A stretch of 62,798 bases of DNA, counting the filler, from Choristocarpus tenellus KU-1152 (Eukaryota > Protista > Phaeophyceae): NCBI GenBank assembly GCA_964200185.2. It is 8 parts of 8 records of this genome, joined end to end, with 100 filler letters (N's around TTAATTAATTAA, not from the genome) between each part and the next. Parts side by side here need not be neighbours in the genome. Positions count along the whole stretch, not along the records: positions 1 to 7,393 come from CAXNAD020006221.1; positions 7,494 to 11,929 come from CAXNAD020014561.1; positions 12,030 to 16,640 come from CAXNAD020013800.1; 5 more parts are not named here. One strand, given 5' to 3'. This document shows, one piece after another, positions 1 through 13,207 of this stretch (position 1 is its first letter; every line of letters starts with the position of its first letter). Under the pieces are notes generated by a model, which searched no databases, was not told the origin of the DNA, and saw only the letters and a program-made list of their open reading frames with translations. A program made the position numbers and the translations under genes.

Positions 1-22
1 CACCAAGAAGCGAACCAAAAAA

Positions 23-57
<35 letters not shown>

Positions 58-65
58 GAGGCGCG

Positions 66-103
66 CCCCCCCCCCCCCCCCCCCCCCCCAGATACTTTGA
101 CCC
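66..103. mobile_element. Terminus of MITE family C (poly-C + AGATACTTTGACCC) at contig start
   Basis: Reverse complement GGGTCAAAGTATCTGGGGG matches the termini at 11799, 16817-16847, 36853, 52446 and 59161. Confidence 0.6.
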
Positions 104-553
104 TTGTATGCGAAACAACGGATCAGAAAACCGCAAATAGACACTCCATAATAAACTGACGCTAGTAAGGTGGGCAGGAAAATCCCGTCAATCTGTCAAC
201 CCTCCCAACCAACCAACTCCAGTCTCAATTTTTTTGTAAATACAGTAGTTCCTCCAGTGGTGGCGAGTAACCGTGCGGTAACTATTCTCCAAAGAAAGAT
301 GGGAGTAGCATTGATGAAGTGGTCAAACTATTTCCAGCAGTCAGGGTCTCTCGTTAGGGAAAACTGGAGCCAACGAAATATCCATTTTCGTAAGTAAAAT
401 AAAGTTACAGTATACTACACGTCAAAAAAATATTGCGCATACAAGTATTATTGAAGGCAAACTCATCATACATCTACGTATTCTACACATGAATTCCACG
501 ACAACGGTTTCTCTTGCTTATATCGAGCAGAAGCTTGAATACAGTCTAGTGCG

Positions 554-3500
554 ATGAAGAAAGTACCTTCGCTTGAGCCTCTATTGGTTTCTCCGAGTAC
601 GCAAAGGGGTAGCAACGGTGCTGATACAGGCAGGGAGTTAGGGTTTGGTGGGAGCGCCTGTTCGAATGATCAAAACTGTCAACCACAAACTTTAGCACCA
701 CCTTTGTCGGGATATGCCAACTCCTACGCCTACCTTGATAAAAGAATATACGATTTTGCTCAGGCTAAGGCCAGATGGCTTCAAAGAATTCAGAACGAGG
801 AGTTGGGTACAGGAGAGGATGAACGGATTTCGAAGGTATGCAAGGCCAAAGCATCAGGGACCGTAGCCGAGATGAAGCACTGAGACTAGTAGTAATTCTT
901 CCAGTATCGACTAAGTATCCCGAGCAAGGTGGATTTCGATTCCGTCTTAGTAAGGGGTCTGAACCACATGCTCCGTGCAGATACAGACAGTCGATTTGCT
1001 ATCATTGTTGCCTCGGAAACCGAAGACAAAAATCAGATTGTCGTTTGTAAGGAATGCATTTGGCACTTGGCACCCACAACCGTCACAGCCCACTACTACC
1101 CCCGTACCATGGCATTTTGCTCTGTCGTCGGCAGAATCTTCATCCAGATTTTGAGCCGCTCTTCGCAACTGAAGAAGGACGGCACACGAAGCAAATGGAA
1201 AGAAAGTCGGCTATGGCGAGAGTTCATTGGGGCTTTCGTAGGGTGTACGCCCTCCTCAGCAGTCGGGTCTGGGATCGACTCTACCTTCTACTCCTGCTTG
1301 CATGGTCATTCACCTGCCCAGCGTACAAGGATGGTATTTTCTCAGTGAAGAGGGAACATATGGCTCTGCTCTTCTTAACAATGTGTGTAGTAGCAGCCAT
1401 CCCCGTGTTCGCCAACTTTGTGTTCAAGGGGTGTTTTCATCGACAACTAACGCCATGTATAAGGGCAGATGAGCACAATCTGGTGAGTGATGATGTCTTG
1501 CCGTCGACACCTTCCATGACTGCTACTCTCCAAGCTATTCCCTGAGTTCAAGCTTTGAAGAAACACTTCTACAATCGCTCAACCATAGGTGCAGTACTAT
1601 TGAGATAAGCTCAAATTCGTGAATCCCAAAATGAAGGCAGTCTGCCAAGGTGTATTTCACACTAACCTACGCCCCCCACTCCTTCTATGTGTATGCACCA
1701 ATTCTTTGTTTCTGAAATCTATAACCCTGGTCAGATATACTGTATAGAAAGAGAGGCTCAGAGCTAACATTCAAAAGTGTCATTATCTATAGACATCAAA
1801 TGATTGGAGATGATACTGTGGGTGAGGAAATTTTGTTATAGATTTTTTTGTTGATGCATGTTATGGTTGAGCTCGCCAACAAAGTAAAGGTTGTCAATAT
1901 CTTGACGCCCATTTCAAGCAACACAGCTAACTCCCTTTGGCGTCTAGCATTACACTTATGGCGTCTATATTTCTGCAGTCTGAACCTATGGAGATAAGAG
2001 TATCTGCAGTGATTCCATCTGGTAGCACAGCCCTAATGAGCTAATTCAGCATCTTCTTCTTTCACCTTGTTTCACTCCCCAGCAATAGGTCACACAGAGG
2101 CAACGCTAAGTATGTGGATAGGCTGATTATCATAGTTTCATTATTCACCTTTACTGCAACTAATAATCTCAACAACAGTTTTGGCTGTGACATACATCAT
2201 AGGCCAGAACAACACATTCTTAACGACTGATCTACCATGCACAGTACTACAAAATAGATCATATGCAAGAAAAAAAATATCCCAGCCTAGTGTGCGGTTG
2301 CAAGGAACAACAGATGACCTTTCATCGATTTCAACTTCCTCTCTCAAACTCGGGTCATACCTGGTCTTTCACAATGACCTCACAATAGCTACTGCAGAAC
2401 AACTTATGAGCAACTTCAACCACCCATATCAAAAAGAGGTCTCACCAAACCCTTACCCACCTGCCCGCAAGGGGGTATTTTATATGCTTGCCTCAAGGTC
2501 ACTCCCTGTACCGGATATGCAGAAACTGTTACAGTGGCGGGTGCACCCTATCAATATGGAGGGGGAAATGTCCAAATCATTCCCTATCAGGCGTCCAAAT
2601 GGCAGTGAAGAGAAGGAAAACCAGACGGGAGAGAACCACTCTAGAGTAGGGGCAGTGAGGGATTATACAAATGCTTCACTTGGAGATGCCAGTAGCAACT
2701 TTACTGAAGGCCCAATGGAACAGAAGGGCCTTCTGCCAACAGCAAGTCCCTTGCAGGGTTTATGTAACTCCACGGAGTTTGAAGCAGAGGCCCCACCTGG
2801 CCATTGGAAGTGTAAACTCTGCCGGAGGGTAAATGCATTTCCAGAGGATTGGAAAGGGAAGTCAGGGACAAAGCTGAAAGTTGTGGTGAAGCGCAAAGAG
2901 ATAGACACCCAGACCATGTATGCAGTAGTTAAAACCGTAAGGGATGCACCATCCTGCAGCAAGTGCTTCACACCATACAACTACACTGGACGATTGATTG
3001 CCAGTAGGCAGGGACCAGGAGTTCGTCAGCCTCGGAGGCCACACAACAGAGCAGCTACCATTGATAAGATCAATATTGACAGGAAAGTGTTGTTAGCCGC
3101 ACCACCACCTCATAGTAGCCCGTTGGAGTCAGAGTTGGAGTCTTCTAACTTCAACCCAGGCACTGCTAAGCACAATTGGATGAGTGCTGTGATAAGGAAA
3201 CCAATGGAGTGTTTCCGTCGCCACATTTCCAAGCACACACCCTTGGATCAGCAACAGGAGCTATGGTACACCACAGCGTTCAGAAAAGACCTCACCAACT
3301 ATTTCAGACCCCAGTTCCCAATACCAGCTCTGGGCCCTCAAGAGCAGTATGCGATTGGCGCAAGAGTCTTTTCCTGTGCCAACAAGAATGTATGGTACCC
3401 AGGTCTGGTGGAGAGATCTCGGAACAATAACACCTACGACATCCGCTACGACAATGGAGGTGTTGCAAGACATGTTTTCCCTGAGATGATCCGTTTCCAA

Positions 3501-4545
3501 CCTGTGGAACACGACTCCCCTATGATAGTGGTACTCTATGCAGTGGCCCTGGGAGTGTTTGTGTCATGGCCTTTAGTGGGGGTCTTGTACTATTCTTCAA
3601 CAGCTGAGGATGCAGTGAGGTTGGAACCCTTGGTGGCTGTCCCGGTGCTTGTGTTCGGGCTGGTGGCATGTGCAGCGGTAGCAACCCAGTTCTTGACGAT
3701 GTGTTTTAGAAATGGGGAGGCCAGTTGGAGCCTTCATGCTTCTTTTGCAGCGCTCTATGAGTTGCCCTTTGCGGCACTCTCCTTGTGCAGTGGGCTTGCC
3801 ATTGCCAAGGCATCAAATCCTGATCTGTATGGCATGTGGCTTGAGGTGAGAAATCAGACTAAGCAATGAAACTATGATTGCGGTAGGCACCCTGCACCCA
3901 AACTTCCGCCCTAATGGTAGCATTTGTCTCTGGTGAAAGTAATGTTGCTTGCTCAAAAAGATGTCAGAATCAGACCAGAGCAAAGGAGTTGGGACACCTA
4001 TCTCATATTCCTAACAAATGTCTAAAGAGAATTAACACAACTACGTGGTATGTGTGCCATTCTACAATCTCGAGGTGATGGTGGTTCCAGCACTATTGTT
4101 TGGGATCTTGGGGTATTGCTACGCCTACGCCATCAAGCCATGTTATGGAAAAGCTTGGATGTTCATGTCGGGGCCATGGTTCCTCTTCCTCTTGCTCCTC
4201 AGCCTCAAGCTTGACGGCATTCAAGGTGCGATAGGGCCAATGTTCGGCAATATGAAATGGATGGTTGTCTTCGCCCCCCTGTGGCTGCTCATCCTTCTTG
4301 CCATGGCTGCCCATCATGTGCTGCCTTTGGTGTGGGACCTTGAAGGAGACCCAGAGCCAACAGACTTTTCTGGTTGCATCAAAGCAGTACAGATCATTCT
4401 CAATTCTACTGTTCGGAGAGGTCAAATAAAGAGGAGGGAAGGAGATAGAGACTCGGGCGGAGAAGAAGATCAAGATCAAATCGGCAATAGTGAAGGCTCA
4501 GGATATCCTGTAGACAATCAACTAGTGCAAGGATTAAATACTTAA
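554..4545 (+). CDS. Multi-exon hypothetical membrane protein (~824 aa): N-terminal TM pair, split RanBP2-like Zn finger, Tudor/Agenet-like domain, C-terminal multi-TM region with a TMEM185-like motif
   Basis: Proposed exons 554-835, 1135-1482, 2472-3845, 4075-4545, all phase 0. Donors AAG|GTATGC, CTG|GTGAGT, GAG|GTGAGA; acceptors CAG, AAG, GAG. Joins ORFs 554.., 1054.., 2181.. and 4045.. in frame. Motifs: WKCKLCRRVN..CSKC; GARVFS..WYPGLVERSRNNNTYDIRYDNG; LLLSLKLDG..KWMVVFAPLWLL. The last two acceptors are less certain. Confidence 0.65.
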
Positions 4546-4750
4546 CAAAGTGACGAGCTTGCTTGCAATCTGTGCACTTTTTTCACGATGTGCAGAGTAC
4601 ACTTCAATCCATACATCTTTTATTATTTCTGGTAAGAGTAATTTAAAGCATATTTCAATGGAAGCGGTAAGATTCAAAGTAATCCTGAAGGGGGTATGGT
4701 TGAATCAACGAGATCTGTGGCACAGCCTTCTTCTTTTTTTTGCTTTATTG

Positions 4751-5211
4751 GAGTCGAAGTATCCTAGAGGAGGTTAATTTGGACCGTTTACTTGTTGAAG
4801 GGCATATAAAAAGATGACACCTAACTTATCTATAACTCGTATCATGGCCCAAACCCAGGCAACTCCTGTCCGGAGTCTGCAGATGTAGATGAATAGACCC
4901 TGTTGGATGGATGTTTTCTTAATTGGATTGGAGGATGTAGGGACATAAAGATACAATCAGAAGACTGTTGCAGAGATCCCTGAACAATAGCAGTACCCCA
5001 CTCGGATACTTCTCAATTTCAATCACTCATTCATCTTTCATCTCTAAAACCTGTGACAACATCTCGATCCGGAAGGGTCTCATCTGCCACAGCAACCAAA
5101 CAGAGTATACACGCATTTTCAACATAGCACCAGCGGATCAGGCCTAACATTGAAAAGGCCGCAATGATTAAAAAAGTCAGAAACATACCCCCCTCTAGGA
5201 TACTTTGGCTC
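4751..5211. mobile_element. MITE-like element, family D (461 bp)
   Basis: Terminal inverted repeats GAGTCGAAGTATCCTAGAGGAGG ... CCCCCTCTAGGATACTTTGGCTC, the same terminus type as family A. No clean TSD; non-coding interior. Confidence 0.65.
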
Positions 5212-7323
5212 TAAGCAGTACTATATGTCCTTGAGAGATAGTGTTTAAAAAAAAATTAAAATAGCTCTAATACACAGCTACATAATATCACTTGTACAAG
5301 TGAGATTCTGAGTCTTAGGTGACCAAACAACAGTTATTTGAGCAAAGGTAAAAGTCATGGACCAAGACGAAAAAACCATGAATTAGACCTTCGTTGGCTT
5401 GTGCTGAAGTACCTTCCAAACATAATTTAACAGTTGTACTTGTATCGCCTATTCAGTCACTCTCAACTACTTCAGTGCACAACTGCCAGATGTTGATGAT
5501 TAGTTCCTCTCTCTGCGAATATATTTTCTTGTTGCACAACTAATGTTGATCTTTGGAAATATTCTTTTGGGATGCAGGCCACATTTGTTTTACGCTTCTT
5601 CCCTATAGCCTTGCTATCTTTGCACTTGCTACTACTCCAACAAACCCCTATATTTCTGTGCCGCTGGATTCCCAACACAGCCCTTACTTGCATGAGTTGA
5701 CTTGTGAATTACTCATTGGAGGTAGGCCTTGTAACAGCTTTCCCTCCTGTGTTGTGAACCCTTTGTTGCCAGCACAGCAAGATGTTGTCTTATTCAAGAA
5801 GTGCTCTCCCTCGATAAGGCCTCATTTGCGATCCCCACTTAGGTGTACATTCTTTTCGAGACCATGCTATTAGGAAGTACGAATATTAAAATGACTATCT
5901 TTAAAGAGAGACTCACTAAATATATTTACATTAACAGGAGAGTTGAGCTCGGTCAACTGTTGAGCAGTTATTATGTAGTACATCTGCCATTCCTTGCAGG
6001 AGTTGTGTCAGGAGTAGCTATGGTACGGTACTGTCAAGAGTACTAGCTGTAGCAGCAGTAGAAAAACGCTCTATAGCCTTACGTTTTGCATATATTTTTG
6101 ACCCTCAGTTTCATATTATATAACCCATAATAGTTGGACATAAGAGTAAGAAAGAGATGATAGCACACTAATGTCATACACCCGAAATAGCTCATGCGCT
6201 TAGCACAACTACACACAGTGTGTTCAATTTCATTTCATCACAACAAAAACACAGTATTCAGACCTGCAATCTGGCTTCTAGCTTCTGGCTTCTGGCTTCT
6301 GGCTCGGCCGCAATGCCAGGCTGAAGCAGTGGCTGTGAGAGACGAGAAGTGTAAACAGAGGGGAGGGTTGAGACACAAACAAGCTTTTCGGCGAGAAGGA
6401 CAGGAAACAAGGTCAAACACATCAGACAATAAGGGGAGGGGGAAACGAAGCAGAAACTGAGAGAATCGCGCAGTAGGGATTGGCCTGCAAGTGACTACAT
6501 TGCGGGGAAAGTGTTGTAGAATTCCTAGACTGTGATTGTTCACAGGAGGCGACACATACCCAGGACTACAATTCCACTGGTTTAGGTGGGTCGATCATTC
6601 TCAGGAATCTGTATGTTAGTGGTGCATCTGCGCATGGTATGGCATATACTGATCTAATGCGGAAAATGAGGAGCAATAAAATGAGGAAGTATATGGTATG
6701 TGTGTGCAGGTGATGTAATGGTCCAAGTTTGAAGGGGGATAGGAGGTTACAGGCAGGACGAATGCATCCTTTTTGCAGAACACGAAGAGTTCTGAGCTTT
6801 AGGATATACAAGAGTGAAGGTTGGGGGTTTCTTTGTATCATGTCCCTAAAACTTCGAAGATCTTTGTATAATCCAGACTATGTGATGCTGCACAAATATA
6901 AACTTCGAAGTATGCACATATTATCTCTCATAACATACACTTTTTTTTTACCAGAAGTATTATACATATATCACTATGTAGCACGACAATTTTGAACAGC
7001 AGTTAAGTATTGACATGCTTCGAACCATATATATATATGTGTGTGTGTGTATGTACTCTGGAGAAATTCCATTGTATTCTGTCAGCTCGTATGCTACCAT
7101 CAGACAGGCAACTTCTCTGTGCTTTACCCCTGGATGTGGCGGGATAGTTGGTGGTCTTTCAATGGGGAACCCGTATATAGGACCTTTCACCTGTTACTAC
7201 TGCTGACTATTCTTACATACATGTAAGTCCCATGCATGTGAGAGCCACCCCTGCTCAGGGAGGCCCCCCAACTATGAAGAAGGGGACTAATCCATATTTT
7301 TTACGTATGTTGTTGTACCAACG

Positions 7324-7393
7324 GAGCCAAAGTATCTGAGAGGGTAGAGCCACGTCCATTTGGGCGTCCAAATCCAATGTTGCGATTTTGATG
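7324..7393. mobile_element. MITE family A, truncated by contig end
   Basis: GAGCCAAAGTATCTGAGAGGGTAGAGCCACGTCCATTTGGG matches the start of the full copies at 37326 and 48633. Confidence 0.8.
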
Positions 7394-7493
7394 NNNNNNN
7401 NNNNNNNNNNNNNNNNNNNNNNNNNNNNNNNNNNNNNTTAATTAATTAANNNNNNNNNNNNNNNNNNNNNNNNNNNNNNNNNNNNNNNNNNNN
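7394..7493. other. Artificial contig linker
   Basis: 44 N + TTAATTAATTAA (stops in all six frames) + 44 N. Confidence 0.98.
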
Positions 7494-7658
7494 GTGCGAA
7501 AAAAAAAACAAGTGCCAGTGTGGGGGTGGGGGGGTAGGGGGGGGGGGGTGGGGGCCAAAGTTGTTGGGGTAGAAAAGAGAGTATTGCGGGGTCGGTAGGC
7601 TCGTTAGTTGCTGCGGCTTGTGCAAGGGTTGAGGGACACGAGGGTTTTGTCTCCTCAG

Positions 7659-8443
7659 GTCTTTATGTAGAGATAGAGGTGGAGGGAGTGCCAAGGGGTC
7701 TCCTAGAGATATGGCGGAAGAAGCGGGCTGTGCAACGCGTTGGGCGGTTGGGGGGGGGGGGGGGGGATGGTGATAAGCCGTTTCTTCTCTTCTCGCTGTT
7801 GGAGCATGAGCACCGACTGAGTGTGCTTCACTTCAACGTGAGACGAGATGTAAGGTATTCGGATCCGGTTCCGTCGAAGGAGCGTCTGGTGTTCCAGTGT
7901 GGGTTCCGAAAGTGGTCAGGCAGACCTGTGTTTAGTCAGGCAAACTTGAACTGTGATAAGCACAAGTATGAGCGGTTCCTGCAGCCAGATCGGTTCACAG
8001 CTGCTAGTGTTTACGGTCCGACGACTTTTCAGCCTGCGCCTGTACTTGTTTTCAAGGAGATTCCTAGGGTGGTAGATGGTGGCAATGGTGGTGACTCTGT
8101 TGCGTACCATTCTGTGCTGGTGGCCACGGGAACATTACTGGGAGTGGACCCAGATAGGATAGTGTTGAAGAAGATTGTGTTGACAGGTTACCCCATTCGT
8201 GTGCGTAAACGTAAGGCGGTGATCAAATACATGTTTAATGGGCCAGAGGATGTGAGATGGTTCAAGCCCGCGGAGCTGACAACGAAGTATGGACTCACAG
8301 GGCACATCAAGGAGCCTGTTGGTACACACGGGCTGATGAAGGTCATCTTTAACAAGGCAGTTATGCAGAACGACACCGTTTGTCTTAACCTTTACAAGAG
8401 GGTGTACCCGAAGATGGATGAGGACCGTGTTGAGGTGTTATGA
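7659..8443 (+). CDS. TSR1: Pre-rRNA-processing protein TSR1, final coding exon (40S ribosome biogenesis; C-terminal domain shared with BMS1)
   Basis: Acceptor ctcctcag|G at 7658, then GLYVEIEVEGVP. Conserved LLEHEHRLSVLHF, QCGFR, DKHKYERF, DPDRIVLKKIVLTG, YMFNGPEDVRWFKP, GHIKEPVGTHGLMK, DTVCLNLYKRVYPK. TGA at 8441-8443. Upstream exons are off-contig. Confidence 0.95.
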
Positions 8444-9502
8444 GTAGTTGCTTTAGAAACTTCGTGTTGCGAGGAAGGTGGAGGCTGTCTCATAGAGGTG
8501 GAGGGGTTGCCTGTGTTTGGTCGGTGTATAGCTTTGTTTTTGTGTTACCTTTTTAACACTATTATGATGATGCCTAACCATGATCTTTCCAGTATTATGG
8601 AGGATGTCTCTCTGTCTGAGCTCCTGAAGTGCTGAGCATGGACTGGACATCCATGTTGCACAAGTTGATTGGGTGGAGCTTGTCCGACCTCCGTCAAGGC
8701 TACAATTTGTGGTGTATTGTGAATATATAGTCATGGACTGAGGTTTGTTGAAGAGGATGAGACAACAAAGAATGTGGATTTGGTATTGCCATTGGAGACT
8801 GGTGGAACTGTGAGGTTTCCAGTAAGGTTTGTTTGCAAATGGTGTTGTACATAGGCGTTTTTCTCAAGGAATAATCTCTTGTATGATGGCGATCTCCCAA
8901 GATTCCTAGCCCGTTTGTGTGTGGTAATTTTTGTGCGGAGTTTGTGACAACCAAGAACATTAATTTTTTTTGTTTTGTATGAAGTGGAGAGAGAGGGGGA
9001 GGAAGCCTGGCTGGTAGCAGTGGTGATCTCCCTGACCTGGCATTTTTTTTTTGCTGAAGAACAAAATGACTTCCGCCACTCCAAGAATTAAAATTGCAGT
9101 CTGTGGACGGATGTGACAATAATATAATATGCAACTCTTCAGCAACAGTAGTGTTCTTTTGGACATTTATTCTTGGGTCTTACATATGTTTGAGTTGAAG
9201 TTATGTACGCTACACCTTCCGAAGGTCGAGAGTCAATAATAGATACATTAATCTTTTAACATGACCGTAAGCACTTATTTGAATGGGGCATAATATTTCG
9301 TAGTGCTGCATACTTTCCATATAGATTTTTGTGGGTTCCAATCAGCAGCATACTTAAAATAGAAGCTTGTTCTTCACAGGCTAGCCCCTGACTAATACGG
9401 AAGTTCTCCCCTTTCCCACCAAGTTCGAAATCTATAGTTGGCGGAGTGGAATGACGGTAACAATTTACCCTCCACAGCAGGTACAAATACTTTACACATA
9501 CA

Positions 9503-9712
9503 GAGTTGCAATCTAAGGACGCTGACAATTATGTGCAAAATTCATCTTTTTTTTGCTATGTGTGTAAGGACGTTTTCTCAATTCTCTTGAAAAGTCTTGG
9601 AACAGTAAAGAAATGAACGCTCTCAAGTCAAACTTAGCACTTCATCGATAGAAACTACGAGTGAATTGCATGCAAAACGGCAAAACCTGTGTACCTCTCA
9701 TTACTTTGTCTC
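9503..9712. mobile_element. MITE family B, copy lacking one terminus (inverted relative to 10540-10793)
   Basis: Aligns by eye to the reverse complement of 10540-10793 (TAAGGAyGCTGACAA.TATGTG.AAAATTC; AGTCAAACTTAG; GTGAATTGCA). Ends GTACCTCTCATTACTTTGTCTC. Confidence 0.65.
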
Positions 9713-10539
9713 AGACCAACAGTTTTTTCTTAATAATCCAGAAGATAATGGTGCCACTGGCTCAACCAGAGACATTTTGCGAAAGGGATAAAAACTCAAA
9801 ATGTACGTAACTACGGTGCACTATACTCGAGAGCAGCAATGCAATTACAGTAAACGCCACGAACACGTACGCTTGCGTACTTGAGTAGTGGTTGGTTGCC
9901 GTTGTTTTATTTTCGCCCTGACAACGACCACCCCCCTCCTAAGTATAAATGAATTATTACTTGATTCCTGTAGTAGTAGTACACGTCACGGGTTCTGACC
10001 TGTTCGATGAGGAGGAGTAATTGTAGGAGTTTTTCAACGAGGTATGGAATGCTGTAGTGGTACGGATGTGGTGGCAAATTCTGGGGTATATCTTCTGTAA
10101 ATTGTTGCATCACCACTAGTAGCTACTACTCTTTCAGAGCACAGTGTTGCAAATGATGAAGTATGAACTGAGAAAAAAAATGCATCACAATTATTCTGAA
10201 GATGTGCATCTGGACGCAACAACATTGTTACGTACCTCGAGGACAAGGGACACATTCTCAACCATTTCAATCAGTCTGGCGCTCCACAGGATGCGCCCAA
10301 CAAAGCAACCATCTGTCTGCATTTATAGTTACATGGTTGCTGTAACTAAATCAAAGAACATTCAACATGTATTGATTTTAGGAAATTGAAGGGTTCACTT
10401 GAAGTGACGCATTATTTTATTCTCACACTTTGCGAATGGTGTGTCCTCTGCCTGAATTTCCTTAGGGGCATTGCCTCGAACTGTTCATCGTTTAGTCAGT
10501 CTTGCATAATGAGGATTCGATTCAACTGAGAGCCTCAAT

Positions 10540-10793
10540 GAGACAAGGTATACGAGAGGTACCCAAGTTTCGACAGATTTGAATATCAAGCCTGTTTTTC
10601 AATCTTTTGCAATTCACCCGTATTTCTATAGATAAGTTCTAAGTTTGACTCGAGAACGTTTATTTCTCCATTGTTTGCAACTTTCCGACACAAAAAAAAT
10701 CCTACACCCATTTTCTTTAAAAAATCGAATTTTCCACATATTTGTCAGCATCCTTAAGATGCGACCCCGGGTACCTCTTGTTTACTTTGACTC
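10540..10793. mobile_element. MITE family B (254 bp)
   Basis: TIRs GAGACAAGGTATACGAGAGGTACCC ... GGGTACCTCTTGTTTACTTTGACTC. Flanks AAT/AAC. Confidence 0.7.
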
Positions 10794-11798
10794 AACAGAT
10801 TTCGAGGTGACTATTTTCAGAGAAGAGCTACTCACCGTTGTATCAACCAAATATAGCCAAAAAATTGTCCGGCTGACGATTGATTTTGAGGCAAAATCGG
10901 AGATTCCCGACCAACACAAATAATTAGGGTATCAGTGAATTGATGGTAAGACTCCACAAAGTATACTGCCAATATACATACATACCACTAATTAATGGTG
11001 TATATTCAATACTACTCCATACCACCATCAGCTTCTTGCACAGTAGTTAGTCATGCCACTTTGCCACACAGAGACAATAATAAGCCCATCCTCTTTTCTA
11101 AAGATAAATGTACACTTGAGAGTTACCCAGCCAGTATAACTAGATACCAAAAGTGTAACTAGATAGAAGCATTCTTCACAGACAGGCTGGCCGCCTAATG
11201 ATAATCTGGGAAATTTTCGTTTTCCGCCACTTGGACATCCACAGTTGATGGAGCGGTACAACATTTGGACATTTACCGTGAACAGTACAGTAAAAATTAC
11301 ACATTCCACCAACTAAACCAAAACTCAAATCAAAACACCGGTAGTGTATATACATCCCAATCAGTCACCAGCGAAAGAGTTTTCCCAGTAGTACCTACTG
11401 CATACCTCACCTTCTCATATGTATACTGAAAATGTACGAGAACACAACCCGCAAGTGGACCGAATCTAACATCTTGTTGAACACTCCATGCTAAAAATTA
11501 TAGTTACCACAATAATAATTACTATCATAAGATCAATTAATTGCCACAGACAACAAAATATTGCATACACACTTAATTCAGTGAACGCGAGAATACAGAA
11601 AAACAAGAGGCTTCACGCACAACAGCATCATCCCATTTAGATTCATCCCTTGCACGTGCTCTGCACTATAGAGAGTCACATTGCATCGACTATTTCACAT
11701 ACAAGCCTACTGTGCCTACGAACATGCTGGGGGTAGCACTCGCTGCCATCTCACGTCCCAAGGGCGACCCAGGACACTGCATGCATGCGGGTAGAATC

Positions 11799-11929
11799 GA
11801 CCCAAAGTTATCTGGGGGGAGGGGGGGGGGGAGTCTACACCAGGGTGTCCATTTGGTCCAAAACCAGGAAAAGTGCACTTACATTATCCATTCGACGTAT
11901 GAAACCAAATCACCCAAAAATTGCGACAT
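11799..11929. mobile_element. MITE family C, truncated by contig end
   Basis: GACCCAAAGTTATCTGGG..(poly-G)..TCTACACC; the same start occurs at 59161. Confidence 0.7.
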
Positions 11930-12029
11930 NNNNNNNNNNNNNNNNNNNNNNNNNNNNNNNNNNNNNNNNNNNNTTAATTAATTAANNNNNNNNNNNNNNN
12001 NNNNNNNNNNNNNNNNNNNNNNNNNNNNN
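11930..12029. other. Artificial contig linker
   Basis: N44-TTAATTAATTAA-N44. Confidence 0.98.
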
Positions 12030-13207
12030 AACAACCATCCTCATAGTCCCGCTCCATCCTCAATTTTGCGAATCCCCTGTTACATACCTGACAGATAATT
12101 GCCTTTACAGTGTGTGGCATCAGAGGCAAGCAAGGACAAGAACTCCTAAACTCAGGTGCCATGGTGGTGGTACTTGAAGGATAATGCTGCACTTTTGCTG
12201 TTGTGTGATTTAGATCATGCAAACACACTACCAAACCTGCAGACCCTGCCAATTTGAAACGTTTCTGCTGAGGTTTGCAGTATAATCAATATTCACTATT
12301 TCAAACTACACCTGGACGAGTAGTTCCTCAATTACTGTACTAGACCTTTGATCTCAAGCAGTGACTATTACCTCAACGTCTACATCCACAAAGTCTCCCA
12401 AAAATAATGGGTAGTTTGTCCTGAATGCAAGTGCTCTTAAGCATCTCTTACTCTGGAGGACATTGAACGAATAGAATGAGTTTAAACAAGGTGTAACATT
12501 GACTGAAGGGTGAGTGAGGTGTGGTGCTGGCAGATAAAAAGCTTGCAATTGCTTCACAATCAATGCCGCCATGCACCACAAAATGTGTATGTCACAAGTG
12601 CAGCCTTGGGGACAGCATTTTCCCTGGCTAATTGCCAAGAAAGGAAAAGTCAATGTGTGGAGGGATTGTATGTCATCTCAGTCACTCTCTCATACCCAAC
12701 CTGTCTGTAAACATACACCAAAGCCACTTACGAAAGAGTGAATGATTCATTACTATTCTATCACTACTACTATCACATACAGCAGCAGCAAATACAGTAA
12801 AAAACAAGAACCTCCTCGACCAACCATAGTAGCATTAAGACCTGTCGAACATAATCTGCTCGACCTTTCAACGATTGCATGAAGCAAACAACTAAACGTG
12901 GCTTGAAATGGTTGCATGAAGTTGCCTGTCTCAAAATCAAACAAAATGGTAACCAATCTTAACCCAATTTGCAAAAAAAAGATAGATTTTCTAAGGTGAG
13001 TGAGTGAGTGGGGCTGAACCCCTAGCCAGCTTCTGTTGTAGGCTATCACAATCAAGGGTGCTATACCATTGTTACCAGAATGCTAAAACGTTCATGGTTA
13101 CGTTGAGTACAATTTAAAGACATGATATCATGCAGTCATATTCTTCATAGCCACCTCTGATGATGGTCAGGAGGACTTTCCAATCTATAAGCAACTAAAC
13201 TGTACTC

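Noticed and set aside
2181-2471. N-terminal ~97 codons of the 562-aa ORF as coding
   Set aside because: It starts at TTG and is better explained as open intron sequence before the acceptor at 2471. This boundary is uncertain.
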